Shown here: positions 37,053 through 47,206 of the stretch, in pieces
Layout of the letters: every line of letters starts with the position of its first letter
Position numbering within the stretch: position 1 is the stretch's first letter
Assembly: GCA_963795085.1 (NCBI GenBank)
Contig: CAWCFX010000004.1
Span: forward strand, 32,001 to 96,000
DNA: 64,000 bases
Direction of reading: 5' to 3'
Source: an uncultured Gemmatimonadales bacterium
GTDB lineage: Bacteria > Gemmatimonadota > Gemmatimonadetes > Gemmatimonadales > GWC2-71-9
Translations under genes and position numbers: made by a program
Notes under the pieces: generated by a model
Seen by the model: the letters and a program-made list of their open reading frames with translations, nothing else
Databases searched by the model: none
Told to the model about the DNA's origin: nothing

Positions 37053-39626
37053 ATGTGCACCTATAAAGTCTGGATTGGCCGGGTCGGGATCATCGCTCTG
37101 CTGCTCGGGCTGGCCGGGAGACCGGCGGCGGCCCAGATGAATCCCGCTCCCATCCCCGGCGTGGACAGCGTCCTCGTGGCGCCCGGGGCCCAGTACGCCG
37201 CCGGAAGCCTGCACCAGTTCTTCTTCGGCGCCAGCTACCGGGACCTCTGGAAGACCCCCATCCGGGTGCCGGTCCTCGACCTGGCGCGGTTCGCCGGGGG
37301 GCTCACCCCGGTGAAGGAGAGCGGCGGCAAGCAAACCAGGTCCCTCCGGCTGGTTGACCCCACCGGCCAGGAATGGGTGTTCCGCTCGGTGGACAAGGAC
37401 AACGTGTCGATGCCGCCGCGGTTCGAAGGCACCGTGGTCGAGGACATCATGCGGGACCAGATCAGCTCGTCCCACCCGGCGGCCGCCATTGTAGCGGACC
37501 CGCTCCAGGAGGCCGCCGGTGTGCTCCACCCCCACCCCCGCTATGCCGTCATGCCCGACGATCCGCGGCTCGCAGAGTTCCGCGAAGATTTCGCGGGCCG
37601 GCTGGGCATGATCGAGGAGTACCCCAACGACCCCGATGGCGGCCGCCGCGGGTTCGCCGGGGCGGTGGATATCATCGACAGCGAAGATCTCCTTGAGAAG
37701 ATGAACGAGGAGCCGGGGACCCGGGTGGATACCCGGGCACTGCTCGCCGCACGGTTGATGGACATGTTCATGAATGACTGGGACCGGCACCACGGCCAGT
37801 GGAAGTGGCTCCGCACGAGCGAGAGCGATGCCAGCCCCTGGATCCCCATCGCGAGGGACCGGGACAAGGCGTTCATCTCCTACACCGGGCTGGTGCCCGG
37901 GCTGGCTCGCATGGCGGCCAAAAACCTCGTCACGTTCGGGGCCACCTATCCGGGGATCACCGCTCTGACCTCGAACAGCATGGCGTTCGACCGGCGAATG
38001 CTGTCAGGACTGGAGCGGCCGGTGTGGGATTCGGTCGCCCGGGCCCTGGTCGCCCGGCTGACGGACGACGTCATCGAACGGGCAGCCAACCGGCTGCCCC
38101 CGGAGTACCAGCACAGCCGCCGGGACCTGGTCGCCATCCTCAAGGCACGGCGGGACGGGCTGCCCGACCTCGCCTCCCGGTTCTACCTCACGCTCGCGAG
38201 GGTGCCCGATCTCCACGCCACCGACGCGAACGATCGGGCCCGGGTGATCCTGGCCGACAGCTCGGTGCTGGTCACGCTGTCGGCGGGCCCGGGAGAAGGC
38301 CACGAGTACTTCCGCCGCCGGTTCCACCCGGCTGAGACCGAGGAGATCCGGATCTACCTCCATGACGGCGATGACCAGGCGCTCTCGAGCGGGCAGGCCA
38401 GTTCCACGATTCCAGTCCGTATCGTCGGCGGAAACGGCACCAACGTCCTGGTGGACTCGGCGGTGGTTGCCGGCCACCGGCAGCGCCTTCATCTCTATGA
38501 TGTCGGCACGGTCAGCGGCATCCAGGCCGGGGGCGACACCATGTTCGACCGCCGCCCATGGCATCGCCAGCGGGGAAAGATGGTGCCCCCTGGCCGGGAC
38601 CGGGGGAGCAAGCTGGGCCCTATCTTCGGTTTCGGCGTGCACGGGGACTACGGAGTGCTTCCCCGGGTCGGGCTCAGTCATTACAGCTACGGTTTTGGGA
38701 AACGGCCTTATGCCCGCCGGGTCGCCGCGTCCCTCGAGTACGCCACCCGGATTGACGGCTGGCGCGTGGAGCTGCTGGTGGACCAGCGCCGGGAGCATTC
38801 GAAGCTCCACTGGCTCGTGAACGGGGGGTGGTCCGAACTGGAAGTCATCCGGTTCCACGGGTTCGGGAACCGGTCCGCCGGCCCCTCCGACAGTGAGTTC
38901 TTCGAGGTGGACCAGAATGAGTGGCGTGGCCAGGTGGCCGCGGGCTGGTACCTCGGGCCCAAGAGCGGGCTGACCTTCGGCCCGCTCATCAAGCACGTCA
39001 CCACCAATGGGAGCGCCAGCCGGTTCATCGGCGTCAGCCAGCCCTACGGATCGGGAGACTTTGGCGAGGCTGGCCTGGAGCTGGCCCTGCATCACGACGT
39101 CCGCGACCAGCCGAAGAATCCTCGGGAGGGCCTGTTGCTGGACCTGGCCGCATCGTATTACCCGGCGCTGTGGGACGTCGGGAGTCCCTTTGGATCGTTC
39201 TCGGCCAGTGCCGCCACCTACTTCACCCTCCCGGTCCCATTGCACCCGGTCCTGGCATTCCGGGGCAGCGGCAAGAAGCTCGTCGGCGATTTCCCGTACT
39301 TCGAATCCGCGTTCATCGGGGGTGGTGGAAGCCTGCGGAGCCTGGAGGCCCAGCGCTACGCCGGCGATGCCTCCCTGGCGGGCACCGCTGAACTGCGGGT
39401 GCCTCTTCTCAGCTTCTCGTTCATCCTGCCGCTGGACCTGGGCGTCTTTGGGCTGGCGGAAACCGGCAGGGTCTATTTGGATGGGGAATCACCGGGCGGG
39501 TGGCACGGCGGGTTCGGCGGCGGGTTCTGGATCGGGGTCATCGATCCCAGCTCAGCGTTGAGCTTTACCTTCACCAACAACCGGGAACGGACGGGAGTGT
39601 TCATCAAGGCGGGGCTGTCATTCTGA
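37053..39626 (+). CDS. Omp85/BamA-TamA family barrel with an N-terminal atypical kinase-like domain
   Basis: Signal peptide; GGKQTRSLRL, DWDRHHGQW and IARDRDKAF; barrel motif IGGGGSLRSL..RYAGD...ELR; terminal GLSF. Confidence 0.8.
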   Translation: MCTYKVWIGRVGIIALLLGLAGRPAAAQMNPAPIPGVDSVLVAPGAQYAAGSLHQFFFGASYRDLWKTPIRVPVLDLARFAGGLTPVKESGGKQTRSLRLVDPTGQEWVFRSVDKDNVSMPPRFEGTVVEDIMRDQISSSHPAAAIVADPLQEAAGVLHPHPRYAVMPDDPRLAEFREDFAGRLGMIEEYPNDPDGGRRGFAGAVDIIDSEDLLEKMNEEPGTRVDTRALLAARLMDMFMNDWDRHHGQWKWLRTSESDASPWIPIARDRDKAFISYTGLVPGLARMAAKNLVTFGATYPGITALTSNSMAFDRRMLSGLERPVWDSVARALVARLTDDVIERAANRLPPEYQHSRRDLVAILKARRDGLPDLASRFYLTLARVPDLHATDANDRARVILADSSVLVTLSAGPGEGHEYFRRRFHPAETEEIRIYLHDGDDQALSSGQASSTIPVRIVGGNGTNVLVDSAVVAGHRQRLHLYDVGTVSGIQAGGDTMFDRRPWHRQRGKMVPPGRDRGSKLGPIFGFGVHGDYGVLPRVGLSHYSYGFGKRPYARRVAASLEYATRIDGWRVELLVDQRREHSKLHWLVNGGWSELEVIRFHGFGNRSAGPSDSEFFEVDQNEWRGQVAAGWYLGPKSGLTFGPLIKHVTTNGSASRFIGVSQPYGSGDFGEAGLELALHHDVRDQPKNPREGLLLDLAASYYPALWDVGSPFGSFSASAATYFTLPVPLHPVLAFRGSGKKLVGDFPYFESAFIGGGGSLRSLEAQRYAGDASLAGTAELRVPLLSFSFILPLDLGVFGLAETGRVYLDGESPGGWHGGFGGGFWIGVIDPSSALSFTFTNNRERTGVFIKAGLSF

Positions 39627-39636
39627 TGGGCGCCGA

Positions 39637-40701
39637 ATGAAGCCCGACGACGCCAATGGCTCCCTGCCGCCGGACCGCCGGCCGATCCGGGTGCTGGTCA
39701 TTGCGGGGTCCAACCGCCGGCAATGGGACTGCCCGGGAGTGGACTCCAAGGCCAGGGCGTTGATGTTCCGGATGGCGGACCGGCTCCCCGCCGAATGGGA
39801 AATTGACTTCGAGGACCTCGGCAACATCTACAAGCGGGAGCAGATCCAGACCTGCAACGCCTGCGTCTCCACCTCCATGGCCCTCTGCGTCTGGCCCTGT
39901 AACTGCTATGAGAAACACAGCCGGGCCCAGCCTGACCTGATGTGGAACCTCGATCTCTACGCCAGGCTCGACCTCGCCGACGCCTGGGCCATCATCGGGC
40001 CGGTCAACTGGTACGCACCGACCAGCAACCTCAAGGCGATGTTCGACCGACTGGTGTGCATGAGCGGCGGGAATCCCCGGGAGGACCTTATCGGCCACAA
40101 GGATCCGGAGCAGGCCATCGCCCTGGAGCATAGCCCCGAGTGGGAAACCTTGAGCCGCAACCACCTGGAGGGCCGCTCGGCGGGCTTCTTCTGTTATGGC
40201 GATGGCGGGGGCGATGAGCTGGACGAGGAGGGCCGCCCTCGCACGCTGGAGCATCCCGAGTGGTTCGACCCATCGGAGGAGCCCTTCGACGATATGCGGG
40301 AGAGCCATGCATCTCTCGTCTGGCAGTGCCGATACAGCGGCATCGAGGTGCCGGACCAGCTATGGCGATACTGCGAGTTCGGCCGTGGGAAGAAGTACAG
40401 CGACAACCAGGCCGAGGACATGGCCGTGCACGGCGTATACCCGGCATTTGACGCCTGGGTGGACGCCTTCGCCGACCACGTCCGGGACAAGGGAGCGGTT
40501 TCCCCCGGTCTCCACCGGGCGTATGGCTATCGCCCTCCGGGACACCGGGTGGCTGACCTCAAGACCAAGTGGCGGGGGTTGAAGATGGCGTTGGGCGTGA
40601 TGCCAGCCGACACGATCCCGGCCATCCAGGACCGGCAGGGGCTCAATCGCGACCGTCGGATTCTCTACAAGCGGGGAGAAGGAAAACGCTTGCGGGATTG
40701 A
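39637..40701 (+). CDS. Flavodoxin-like / NAD(P)H-dependent FMN reductase family protein
   Basis: LVIAGSNR, CNACVST...CVWPCNCY, PVNWY...LKAMFDRL. Confidence 0.85.
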   Translation: MKPDDANGSLPPDRRPIRVLVIAGSNRRQWDCPGVDSKARALMFRMADRLPAEWEIDFEDLGNIYKREQIQTCNACVSTSMALCVWPCNCYEKHSRAQPDLMWNLDLYARLDLADAWAIIGPVNWYAPTSNLKAMFDRLVCMSGGNPREDLIGHKDPEQAIALEHSPEWETLSRNHLEGRSAGFFCYGDGGGDELDEEGRPRTLEHPEWFDPSEEPFDDMRESHASLVWQCRYSGIEVPDQLWRYCEFGRGKKYSDNQAEDMAVHGVYPAFDAWVDAFADHVRDKGAVSPGLHRAYGYRPPGHRVADLKTKWRGLKMALGVMPADTIPAIQDRQGLNRDRRILYKRGEGKRLRD

Positions 40702-40753
40702 GGCGGTCGGGAGGAATGCCGAAGGCATGTGAGCAAACCAGGTACGCCGGGGC

Positions 40754-40792
40754 GGCCCTTGGCCCTCTGGCCCTCTGGCCCTCTGGCCCCCT
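40754..40792. repeat. Octamer tandem repeat (GGCCCTCT), 4-5 units
   Basis: Read directly. Confidence 0.9.
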
Positions 40793-40998
40793 GTAGAGGC
40801 CTCCGCCCCCTATAGAGGGAATATCGGTCCGATCCAGCGGAGAGCCGGCATTGGAAAACCGCGATCCGGTCCATATACGCGCGATGCGCTGCCGACGGCG
40901 AGAGCTGGCCCCCATGCCCCCTGGCCCCCTTACATTCTGACTCTCTGACGCAGTGGTTTTCCCCCTGGGCCCCAGACCCTCTGACCCTCTTGGGTGCC

Positions 40999-41598
40999 GT
41001 GCCGACACTTCCGCTCGCCATCATTCATCTCGATGAGTCCTGCCTCGGCAACGGCCGGGAAGGCGACAACCCCGGGGGCGCCGCCGGGCTGATCGAGGTC
41101 CGCACCAGTTCCGGGATCCAGCGCCGAGACTTCACGCTGTGCGAACCCGCGACCACGAATAACCGGATGGCGCTGGCCGGCGCCTCCCGGGCCCTCGAGA
41201 TCCTGGCTGGAAAGGACCGGAGAATGCGGGTGCTGATGGTGTCCGATTCCCAGTACCTGGTCAAGGGTATCAGCGAGTGGGTCCCGGGATGGATCCGGCG
41301 CAACTGGACCCGGAAAGGCGGCCCCATCGAAAACCTCGAACTCTGGCGCCGTCTGGTCGGGGCAGAACGGAAACACCAGGTGACCTGGTCATGGGTGCGG
41401 GGGCACGCCGGACACCCGAGGAACGAATATGCCAACGACCTCGCCATCGAGGCCGCCCGGACCCAGGTTGCGCACCCCGAGGCAATCGAATCCGGGTACC
41501 TCGCCTGGGTGGAGGGACAGCGCGCGAAACGCCGCTATCTCGACTATGACCCCGACCTGGCCTTTCGAGAGTCCGAGCAGCAACTCCTCGCTCGCTAG
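40999..41598 (+). CDS. rnhA: Ribonuclease HI
   Basis: DESCLGN..PGG, TTNNRM, SDSQY, W..RNW, N.ELW, WVRGHAGHPRNEYANDLA. Confidence 0.92.
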   Translation: MPTLPLAIIHLDESCLGNGREGDNPGGAAGLIEVRTSSGIQRRDFTLCEPATTNNRMALAGASRALEILAGKDRRMRVLMVSDSQYLVKGISEWVPGWIRRNWTRKGGPIENLELWRRLVGAERKHQVTWSWVRGHAGHPRNEYANDLAIEAARTQVAHPEAIESGYLAWVEGQRAKRRYLDYDPDLAFRESEQQLLAR

Positions 41599-42431
41599 CC
41601 CCCTACCCGGATCGCCAGCCGGCCAGTCGTCGCGTCGGCTGGTGCGGTGTAGAGTTGGGCCGTGATTCCAATGCCGGGCCGGGGCGCCCAGGTCACCCCG
41701 CCAAAGATGACCATCCGTTCCAGGTCCACCTCGACCTTCCGGTCGTCGAGCTGCCCAAACTGGTTGACGAAATTCACCTGGAACCGGGGGCGCAGCAGGT
41801 TGATACCGGCGCCCGCAAAGGGCCGGAACCGGCCGTCGGCGGTGGACCAGGTCCCGGTGACGTCGGCCCCCAGCGCGTTGGGTCGGTACCGGTCGTTCGA
41901 CTCGGTCCCGTTGAAGCACTCGCTGACCGGATCGCGAAGCGCCTCCTGGTCGCAGGTGATCGGCGCGTCGATCTTCCCGGTGGTCGCGTGGAGCCGAACT
42001 CCCACCCGCATGGTCCGCCCAACCCGAAAAGCCCGCCCCAGCGCCAGCCCCACGAGGTTCGGCGTTGCGCCATTCATGCTGATCGGGGGGATATAGCTGG
42101 CCTCCAGAACGAGGCCGGCCGGCAGTCCCAGGCTGACCCGCGGGCGCGGCAACACCGGCGCAAAATCGGTATTCTCCGGACCCTTGCCGGGCCGGCAGAC
42201 GGTGGGCGTGGCGGTTTCGTCGTCGATGTCGGGGAGATAGCTCCCTTCCAGCGCCAGTCGGAGCGACCAGGGTGGCAGGAAATCGGGAGCTTCCGCAGGG
42301 CCGAAGGCCAACGGAACGGCGAAGATCGCGAAGACCTTGGCCTCGTTGGAGTCGTCAGGCGGAAAACAGTCACCCTGGGCCGCGGCGGCGGACGGCAGGG
42401 CGAGGAGAACCAACCAGAACAGGCGCGTCAC
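41595..42431 (-). CDS. Secreted / outer-membrane beta-barrel-like hypothetical protein
   Basis: AAGGAG SD; signal peptide ending AAAA-Q; alternating beta pattern, RPFAGAGIN; four Cys. Confidence 0.75.
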   Translation of the reverse strand: MTRLFWLVLLALPSAAAAQGDCFPPDDSNEAKVFAIFAVPLAFGPAEAPDFLPPWSLRLALEGSYLPDIDDETATPTVCRPGKGPENTDFAPVLPRPRVSLGLPAGLVLEASYIPPISMNGATPNLVGLALGRAFRVGRTMRVGVRLHATTGKIDAPITCDQEALRDPVSECFNGTESNDRYRPNALGADVTGTWSTADGRFRPFAGAGINLLRPRFQVNFVNQFGQLDDRKVEVDLERMVIFGGVTWAPRPGIGITAQLYTAPADATTGRLAIRVGG

Positions 42432-42524
42432 GATTCCACTCCTTGCTTGACGGTGGAACTCTGTCGAGATTCCTTTCCTTCAATACCTTCACGTCCTTCA
42501 ACTCTCTCAATTCTGTCAATTGGA

Positions 42525-43220
42525 TTGACTGATCTCGAGCGTTTCTTTCGCCGCCTGGTGGACAACCTGATCGCCATCGATCCGGCGCGGTTGCACCGTC
42601 CCATCGAGCTGGGGGACATCGTGCAGACCGTCGTGCCGTACCGCACCAACCGACGGGCGCTCGAGCTGGAGAGCAACGAAGACTACGACATGGTACTGCT
42701 TCGGCTCTGTGCCGGGGAGGGGGGGTTCGTCCGAACCGATCCCGAGGATCTGCAGGAGTCCTTCCAGGCCCAGGCCTCCAGCCCTAATCCCGACTTCGAC
42801 ATTCTCCAGCGTTTGTCCTCCGCCAGCCTGGTGCTCGCCACGGAGCAGTTGGCCTATGCCCTGGGGCCCGAGCCGGGCGCCTCCTATGCCCCGCCCGACG
42901 ACGAGGACCTGGACACCGAGCCGGAGCCCCGCGCAATCACGCCTTCCTTTGACGCGGTTCGCTGGCCCCGCCCTACTATTGAACCGGTCGTCCCCTACGA
43001 CCTGGCCGACGAGGACGCGGCGGCACCGGCCATCCGGCCAGCCGAACGCGCCGGCCGCTGCAGCTATTGCGGGGGCTCACTTCCCTCCGGCCGGCCGGTC
43101 AACTTCTGCCCCCACTGCGGGGAGAGCCAGTCCTACGTCCGCTGCCCTTCCTGCCAGGCCGAGGTAGAACTGGGCTGGAAACATTGCGTGTCCTGCGGAA
43201 ATCCGGTCGTCGAAAGCTGA
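42525..43220 (+). CDS. Double zinc-ribbon domain protein
   Basis: TTG 42525; C-terminal CSYCG, FCPHCG, CPSC and HCVSCG. Confidence 0.8.
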   Translation: MTDLERFFRRLVDNLIAIDPARLHRPIELGDIVQTVVPYRTNRRALELESNEDYDMVLLRLCAGEGGFVRTDPEDLQESFQAQASSPNPDFDILQRLSSASLVLATEQLAYALGPEPGASYAPPDDEDLDTEPEPRAITPSFDAVRWPRPTIEPVVPYDLADEDAAAPAIRPAERAGRCSYCGGSLPSGRPVNFCPHCGESQSYVRCPSCQAEVELGWKHCVSCGNPVVES

Positions 43221-43228
43221 ACCAGCTC

Positions 43229-44305
43229 ATGCACCATCAGGTAGCGGTGATCGCCGGGGACGGGATCGGCCCCGAGGTTGTCGCGGCCTCGCTCGAGGTC
43301 ATCGAGCGGGCCGCGACACTGGAAGGCGCTCAGCTCCGGTTTGAGCACCTCCCCTATTCCGCCGAGCACTACCTCCGCACCGGGGTCACCCTTCCGGAGG
43401 ACGCCTTCCGTCACCTCCGCGACGACGTTGACGCCATCTTCCTCGGCGCGCTGGGAGATCCCCGGGTGCCGGACAACGAGCACGCCCGGGACATCCTCCT
43501 GGGCCTGCGCTTTCGCCTGGATCTTTATATCAACTTCAGGCCGGTCACCCTGCTGCACCCCCGGCTGCTGGCGCTGCGGACGGACCGCCGGACGGCCGGG
43601 CAGGCGGAGGGCAGGCAGGTGGACTTCGTTGTTTTTCGGGAGAACACGGAGGGACAGTACCAGGGCTTCGGCCGCACCGAGAATGCCGGCACGCCGGACG
43701 AGAAACATGTCTCGGAAGAGATTCACAGCGTGAAGGGCGTTCGCCGGATCATCGAGGCCGCCTTTGCCTGGGCCCAGGCCCAGGGCCGGGACCGCATTAC
43801 CCTCTGCGACAAATCCAACGCGGTACCCTTCCACAAGGTCTGGAGCCGGCTGTTCGCGGAAGTGGGAGAGAGGTTCCCCGCGATCACGCGGGAACACCGC
43901 TACGTGGATGCGCTGGCCATGGAACTGGTCCGGGAGCCGGAACGATTTCAGGTGATCGTGACCAACAACCTCTATGGCGACATTCTATCCGACCTCGGCG
44001 CCGGTCTCATCGGGGGACTGGGGATGTCGGCCAGCGGCAACCTTCACCCGGGTCGCGCCGGCCTCTTCGAACCGGTGCACGGCTCGGCCCCTCCCCTGGC
44101 CGGAAAGAACGTCGCCAACCCGATGGCCGCGGTGCTGACCGGCGGGCTCCTGCTGGAGTCCCTGGGGTATCCCGCGGCCGCGAAGCGCCTGGAACAGGCG
44201 GTGCGCTCGGTGCTGGCGGACGGTCCGACCACCCCGGACATAGGGGGAACTTCGGGGACCCGGGAAGTCGCCGGGGCGATCCTCGCGGCCCTGCAGGAAA
44301 CCTGA
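43229..44305 (+). CDS. Isocitrate/isopropylmalate dehydrogenase family protein (LeuB-like)
   Basis: IAGDGIGPEV, FRENTEG, DKSN, NLYGDILSD, FEPVHGSAP..AGKNVANP. Confidence 0.93.
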   Translation: MHHQVAVIAGDGIGPEVVAASLEVIERAATLEGAQLRFEHLPYSAEHYLRTGVTLPEDAFRHLRDDVDAIFLGALGDPRVPDNEHARDILLGLRFRLDLYINFRPVTLLHPRLLALRTDRRTAGQAEGRQVDFVVFRENTEGQYQGFGRTENAGTPDEKHVSEEIHSVKGVRRIIEAAFAWAQAQGRDRITLCDKSNAVPFHKVWSRLFAEVGERFPAITREHRYVDALAMELVREPERFQVIVTNNLYGDILSDLGAGLIGGLGMSASGNLHPGRAGLFEPVHGSAPPLAGKNVANPMAAVLTGGLLLESLGYPAAAKRLEQAVRSVLADGPTTPDIGGTSGTREVAGAILAALQET

Positions 44306-44324
44306 CCCTTTTCCAGGAGGATTT

Positions 44325-45209
44325 GTGCGCGCAAGTATTGTGGCGCTAACAGCCCTGGTCGCCTTTGTGCCGGGCGCGGCCGCGTCCGCCCAGGCCGCCC
44401 CAGGCCCTGACACGGTCATCGTGGAACGAGACTATGCCGACACCCTGCAGACGTCCCGGGTCACCCTGCTCCGCCGCTCGGTGTACCGGGTCGAACTCAG
44501 TCAGCCCGAGGCGACCCCCACATTCATGCCGGTGCGCAAGGGCGTCTACCCACCGACGGCTCTGCTGATTCTCGAACGCGGCGGGCTGGGCGGGCCTGTC
44601 TATGAAGTGCACATTGACCGGGACGGTGAGTACGATCTGAAGGTCCGGGGCCTCAGGCCGGGCCGGTCCGTGCGGGTCAGGCTCACCACCGACGTGGGTA
44701 CCACCCAGATGCGTCAGGCCCGGCAGGATGCCCCGGGCTGGTCCATCGGTGCGCGCGGCGAGGTCGGCCGCCATTCGGGGTACCTTACCGGCGCAGCGCC
44801 TGACAGTCCGGAGCCCGGCATGGCCTACTCCGGCTGCCTGGTGATCAGCAACGGGACATTCATGGACCTCTGCCTGGGCGGGGGCATGGATGCGCGGGGC
44901 GAAAGCAAGACTCGAATCGCCTGGATCTTCGCTGAAATACACTTCAAGGCTATTTCGCTGGGTACCCGGCGCCACCTCACCGAGCTCGGCATCCTGGGCC
45001 GGGTCGCGCAGGGAAGTGCCGGATCGGATGTCTCGCGCGATCCGAGCTATTACGGGTTTGGTGTGTTCGGACAGCAATGGATTGCGCGGTCGCCCAACGG
45101 CCGCGGGGTGAGCCTGCTGGCGTCCGCCCAGTACGGCCAGTTGGGCAACATCACTCTCAAGGACCAGCACACCACGGTCATCCGGGCCGGCGTCCAGTGG
45201 CTGCCATGA
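44325..45209 (+). CDS. Secreted hypothetical protein: beta-sandwich domain plus probable small OM barrel
   Basis: AGGAGG SD; signal peptide; C-terminal VIRAGVQWLP. Confidence 0.75.
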   Translation: MRASIVALTALVAFVPGAAASAQAAPGPDTVIVERDYADTLQTSRVTLLRRSVYRVELSQPEATPTFMPVRKGVYPPTALLILERGGLGGPVYEVHIDRDGEYDLKVRGLRPGRSVRVRLTTDVGTTQMRQARQDAPGWSIGARGEVGRHSGYLTGAAPDSPEPGMAYSGCLVISNGTFMDLCLGGGMDARGESKTRIAWIFAEIHFKAISLGTRRHLTELGILGRVAQGSAGSDVSRDPSYYGFGVFGQQWIARSPNGRGVSLLASAQYGQLGNITLKDQHTTVIRAGVQWLP

Positions 45210-45309
45210 CTTCCCGCTGTGCGTCCGTCTCCCCAGCGGGTCGTCCCCTCTCATGTTTCCGGCTCTGCCGCGGGTAACGGCAGGACGCGTCCTTTGCACG
45301 AGAGGTCCC

Positions 45310-45822
45310 ATGAAATACTCCATGCTGGCAGCGGCGGCGCTGCTGCTTCCCCCCCAGGCGCTGATGGTCCAGGCCTGCGACACCTCCGCTCAGGGTATGC
45401 TCGATGTCGCCTCCGAAAGTGAAACCTGGTGTCACCCCTGGCCTGGCTGCACCAGCTGGACCAGCGGGGACACCATCAAGGTGGCCAGCCACAAGCGCAA
45501 GTCCCGGACGGCCAAGGCGGACAGCGCGGATGTCCTGGTGGGTGCGTTCGACCTATCGTCGACTGGCGAGTTTGTCCGGGTGGAACTCCGGGCCGGCGCG
45601 ACTTACCGGGTGGAGTTTACCGCGCAGACCGGCAACCTCCAGGTCCGGCCCCGCCTCAGCTATGACCAGTCAATCCTGCCGCTTACCGTCGAGGATATTC
45701 CGCGGGCCAGCGGCACCCGGGCCATCGCGATCGTTCCCCGGCAGCACGGCGAGTACGATTTTCGCGCCACCGGCCTGACCGGGTATGGCGCGAGACTGGT
45801 CATCTTCCGGGAAGCGCACTGA
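45310..45822 (+). CDS. Secreted hypothetical protein with a PPC-like beta-sandwich domain
   Basis: GAGG SD; VELRAGATYRVEF...GEYDF. Confidence 0.7.
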   Translation: MKYSMLAAAALLLPPQALMVQACDTSAQGMLDVASESETWCHPWPGCTSWTSGDTIKVASHKRKSRTAKADSADVLVGAFDLSSTGEFVRVELRAGATYRVEFTAQTGNLQVRPRLSYDQSILPLTVEDIPRASGTRAIAIVPRQHGEYDFRATGLTGYGARLVIFREAH

Positions 45823-45994
45823 AGGACGGCAGGAAAACGCGGCAGGCCGATGAAGGATTCGGGCGAAGGCTCCTTGATCGTCCTGCCGTCGATGCCCGCC
45901 GCCCAGCCCCCCGCTCTTCATTACCGCCCCCGCCCTACCGCCCCGCTTATATTCCCAGGTTCTCATTTACCTAACCCAGGAATTCGAGCGGGCT

Positions 45995-47200
45995 ATGAAG
46001 ACACAAGGCCAGGCGAAGGACGTTCTCTTTCTATCCGGCGCCAGGACTGGTTTCGGCAGCTTCGGGGGGACCCTTAAAGACTTTACTGCCACGGACTTGG
46101 GCGCGATCGCGGCGAAGGCCGCCTTGGAGCGCGCCGGGGCCCGGGCCATCGACCACGTGGTCTTCGGCAATGCTCTGCAGACCTCGGCAGACGCCATCTA
46201 TCTCGCCCGCCACGTGGCCCTGCGGGCGGGCCTGCCCGTCGAAACGCCGGCCGTAACGGTGAACCGGCTCTGCGGAAGCGGCTTTGAATCAATCATCCAG
46301 GGCGCCCAGCAGATCCTGCTCGACGAATCGCGGGTGGTACTGGCAGGAGGGGCGGAATCCATGAGCCAGGCCCCTCACGTGGTACGCGGCGCCCGGTGGG
46401 GGCTTCGGCTTGGTCCGGCGCCGCCGTTCGAGGACCTCCTCTGGGAATCTCTCAAGGATCCGCAGTGCGGGTTCTCCATGGCCGAGACCGCCGAGAACCT
46501 GGCGGAGAAATACGGAATTCCGCGGCTGGATGTCGATGCCTATGCCCTGGCCAGCCAGCAACGCGCGAAGGACGGGTGGGCATCCGGCGCCTATGCCGAC
46601 GAAATTACCCCGGTGCCCATTCCCAACCGGAAGACCCGAACGACGGACGACTGGGGAGCTGACGAGCACATGCGTCCCAACACCACTCCAGAGGCGCTGG
46701 CCAAGCTACCGCCCTATTTCAAGAAGGACGGCGTAGTCACCGCCGGCAATGCCTCGGGCATCTGTGACGGTGCCGCCGCGGTCGTGCTGGCGGGAGAGGA
46801 TGCCGTTCCGGACGGAGGGAAGCCCATTGGGCGATTGGTTTCCTGGGCCGTCGCGGGGGTGGAGCCCAGGTACATGGGGATCGGGCCGGCCCCGGCGGCG
46901 CGGAAGGCGCTTTCCAGGGCCGGAATGACGCTGGACCAGATGGACCTCGTCGAGGTGAACGAGGCCTTCGCCGCACAGTACGTGGCCGTGGAGCGGGAAC
47001 TCGGTCTCGACCGGGAGCGAACCAACGTGGACGGCGGGGCCATCGCCATCGGGCACCCGCTCGCGGCCAGCGGCACCCGCATCACGCTCCATCTGCTGAT
47101 GGCACTGCGCCGCCGGGGGAAGCGGTTCGGCCTGGGCAGCGCCTGTATTGGCGGCGGCCAGGGAGCAGCGGTGATCGTGGAAGCGTTCGGGGATCAGTGA
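45995..47200 (+). CDS. Acetyl-CoA C-acyltransferase (thiolase)
   Basis: VNRLCGSG, NEAFA, GHPLAASG, SACIGGGQG. Confidence 0.96.
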   Translation: MKTQGQAKDVLFLSGARTGFGSFGGTLKDFTATDLGAIAAKAALERAGARAIDHVVFGNALQTSADAIYLARHVALRAGLPVETPAVTVNRLCGSGFESIIQGAQQILLDESRVVLAGGAESMSQAPHVVRGARWGLRLGPAPPFEDLLWESLKDPQCGFSMAETAENLAEKYGIPRLDVDAYALASQQRAKDGWASGAYADEITPVPIPNRKTRTTDDWGADEHMRPNTTPEALAKLPPYFKKDGVVTAGNASGICDGAAAVVLAGEDAVPDGGKPIGRLVSWAVAGVEPRYMGIGPAPAARKALSRAGMTLDQMDLVEVNEAFAAQYVAVERELGLDRERTNVDGGAIAIGHPLAASGTRITLHLLMALRRRGKRFGLGSACIGGGQGAAVIVEAFGDQ

Positions 47201-47206
47201 TCGCGC

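Noticed and set aside
41655..42524. N-terminal 290 codons of track ORF 41655-43220
   Set aside because: They are antisense to gene 41595-42431 and run through a repeat; the plausible start is TTG 42525.
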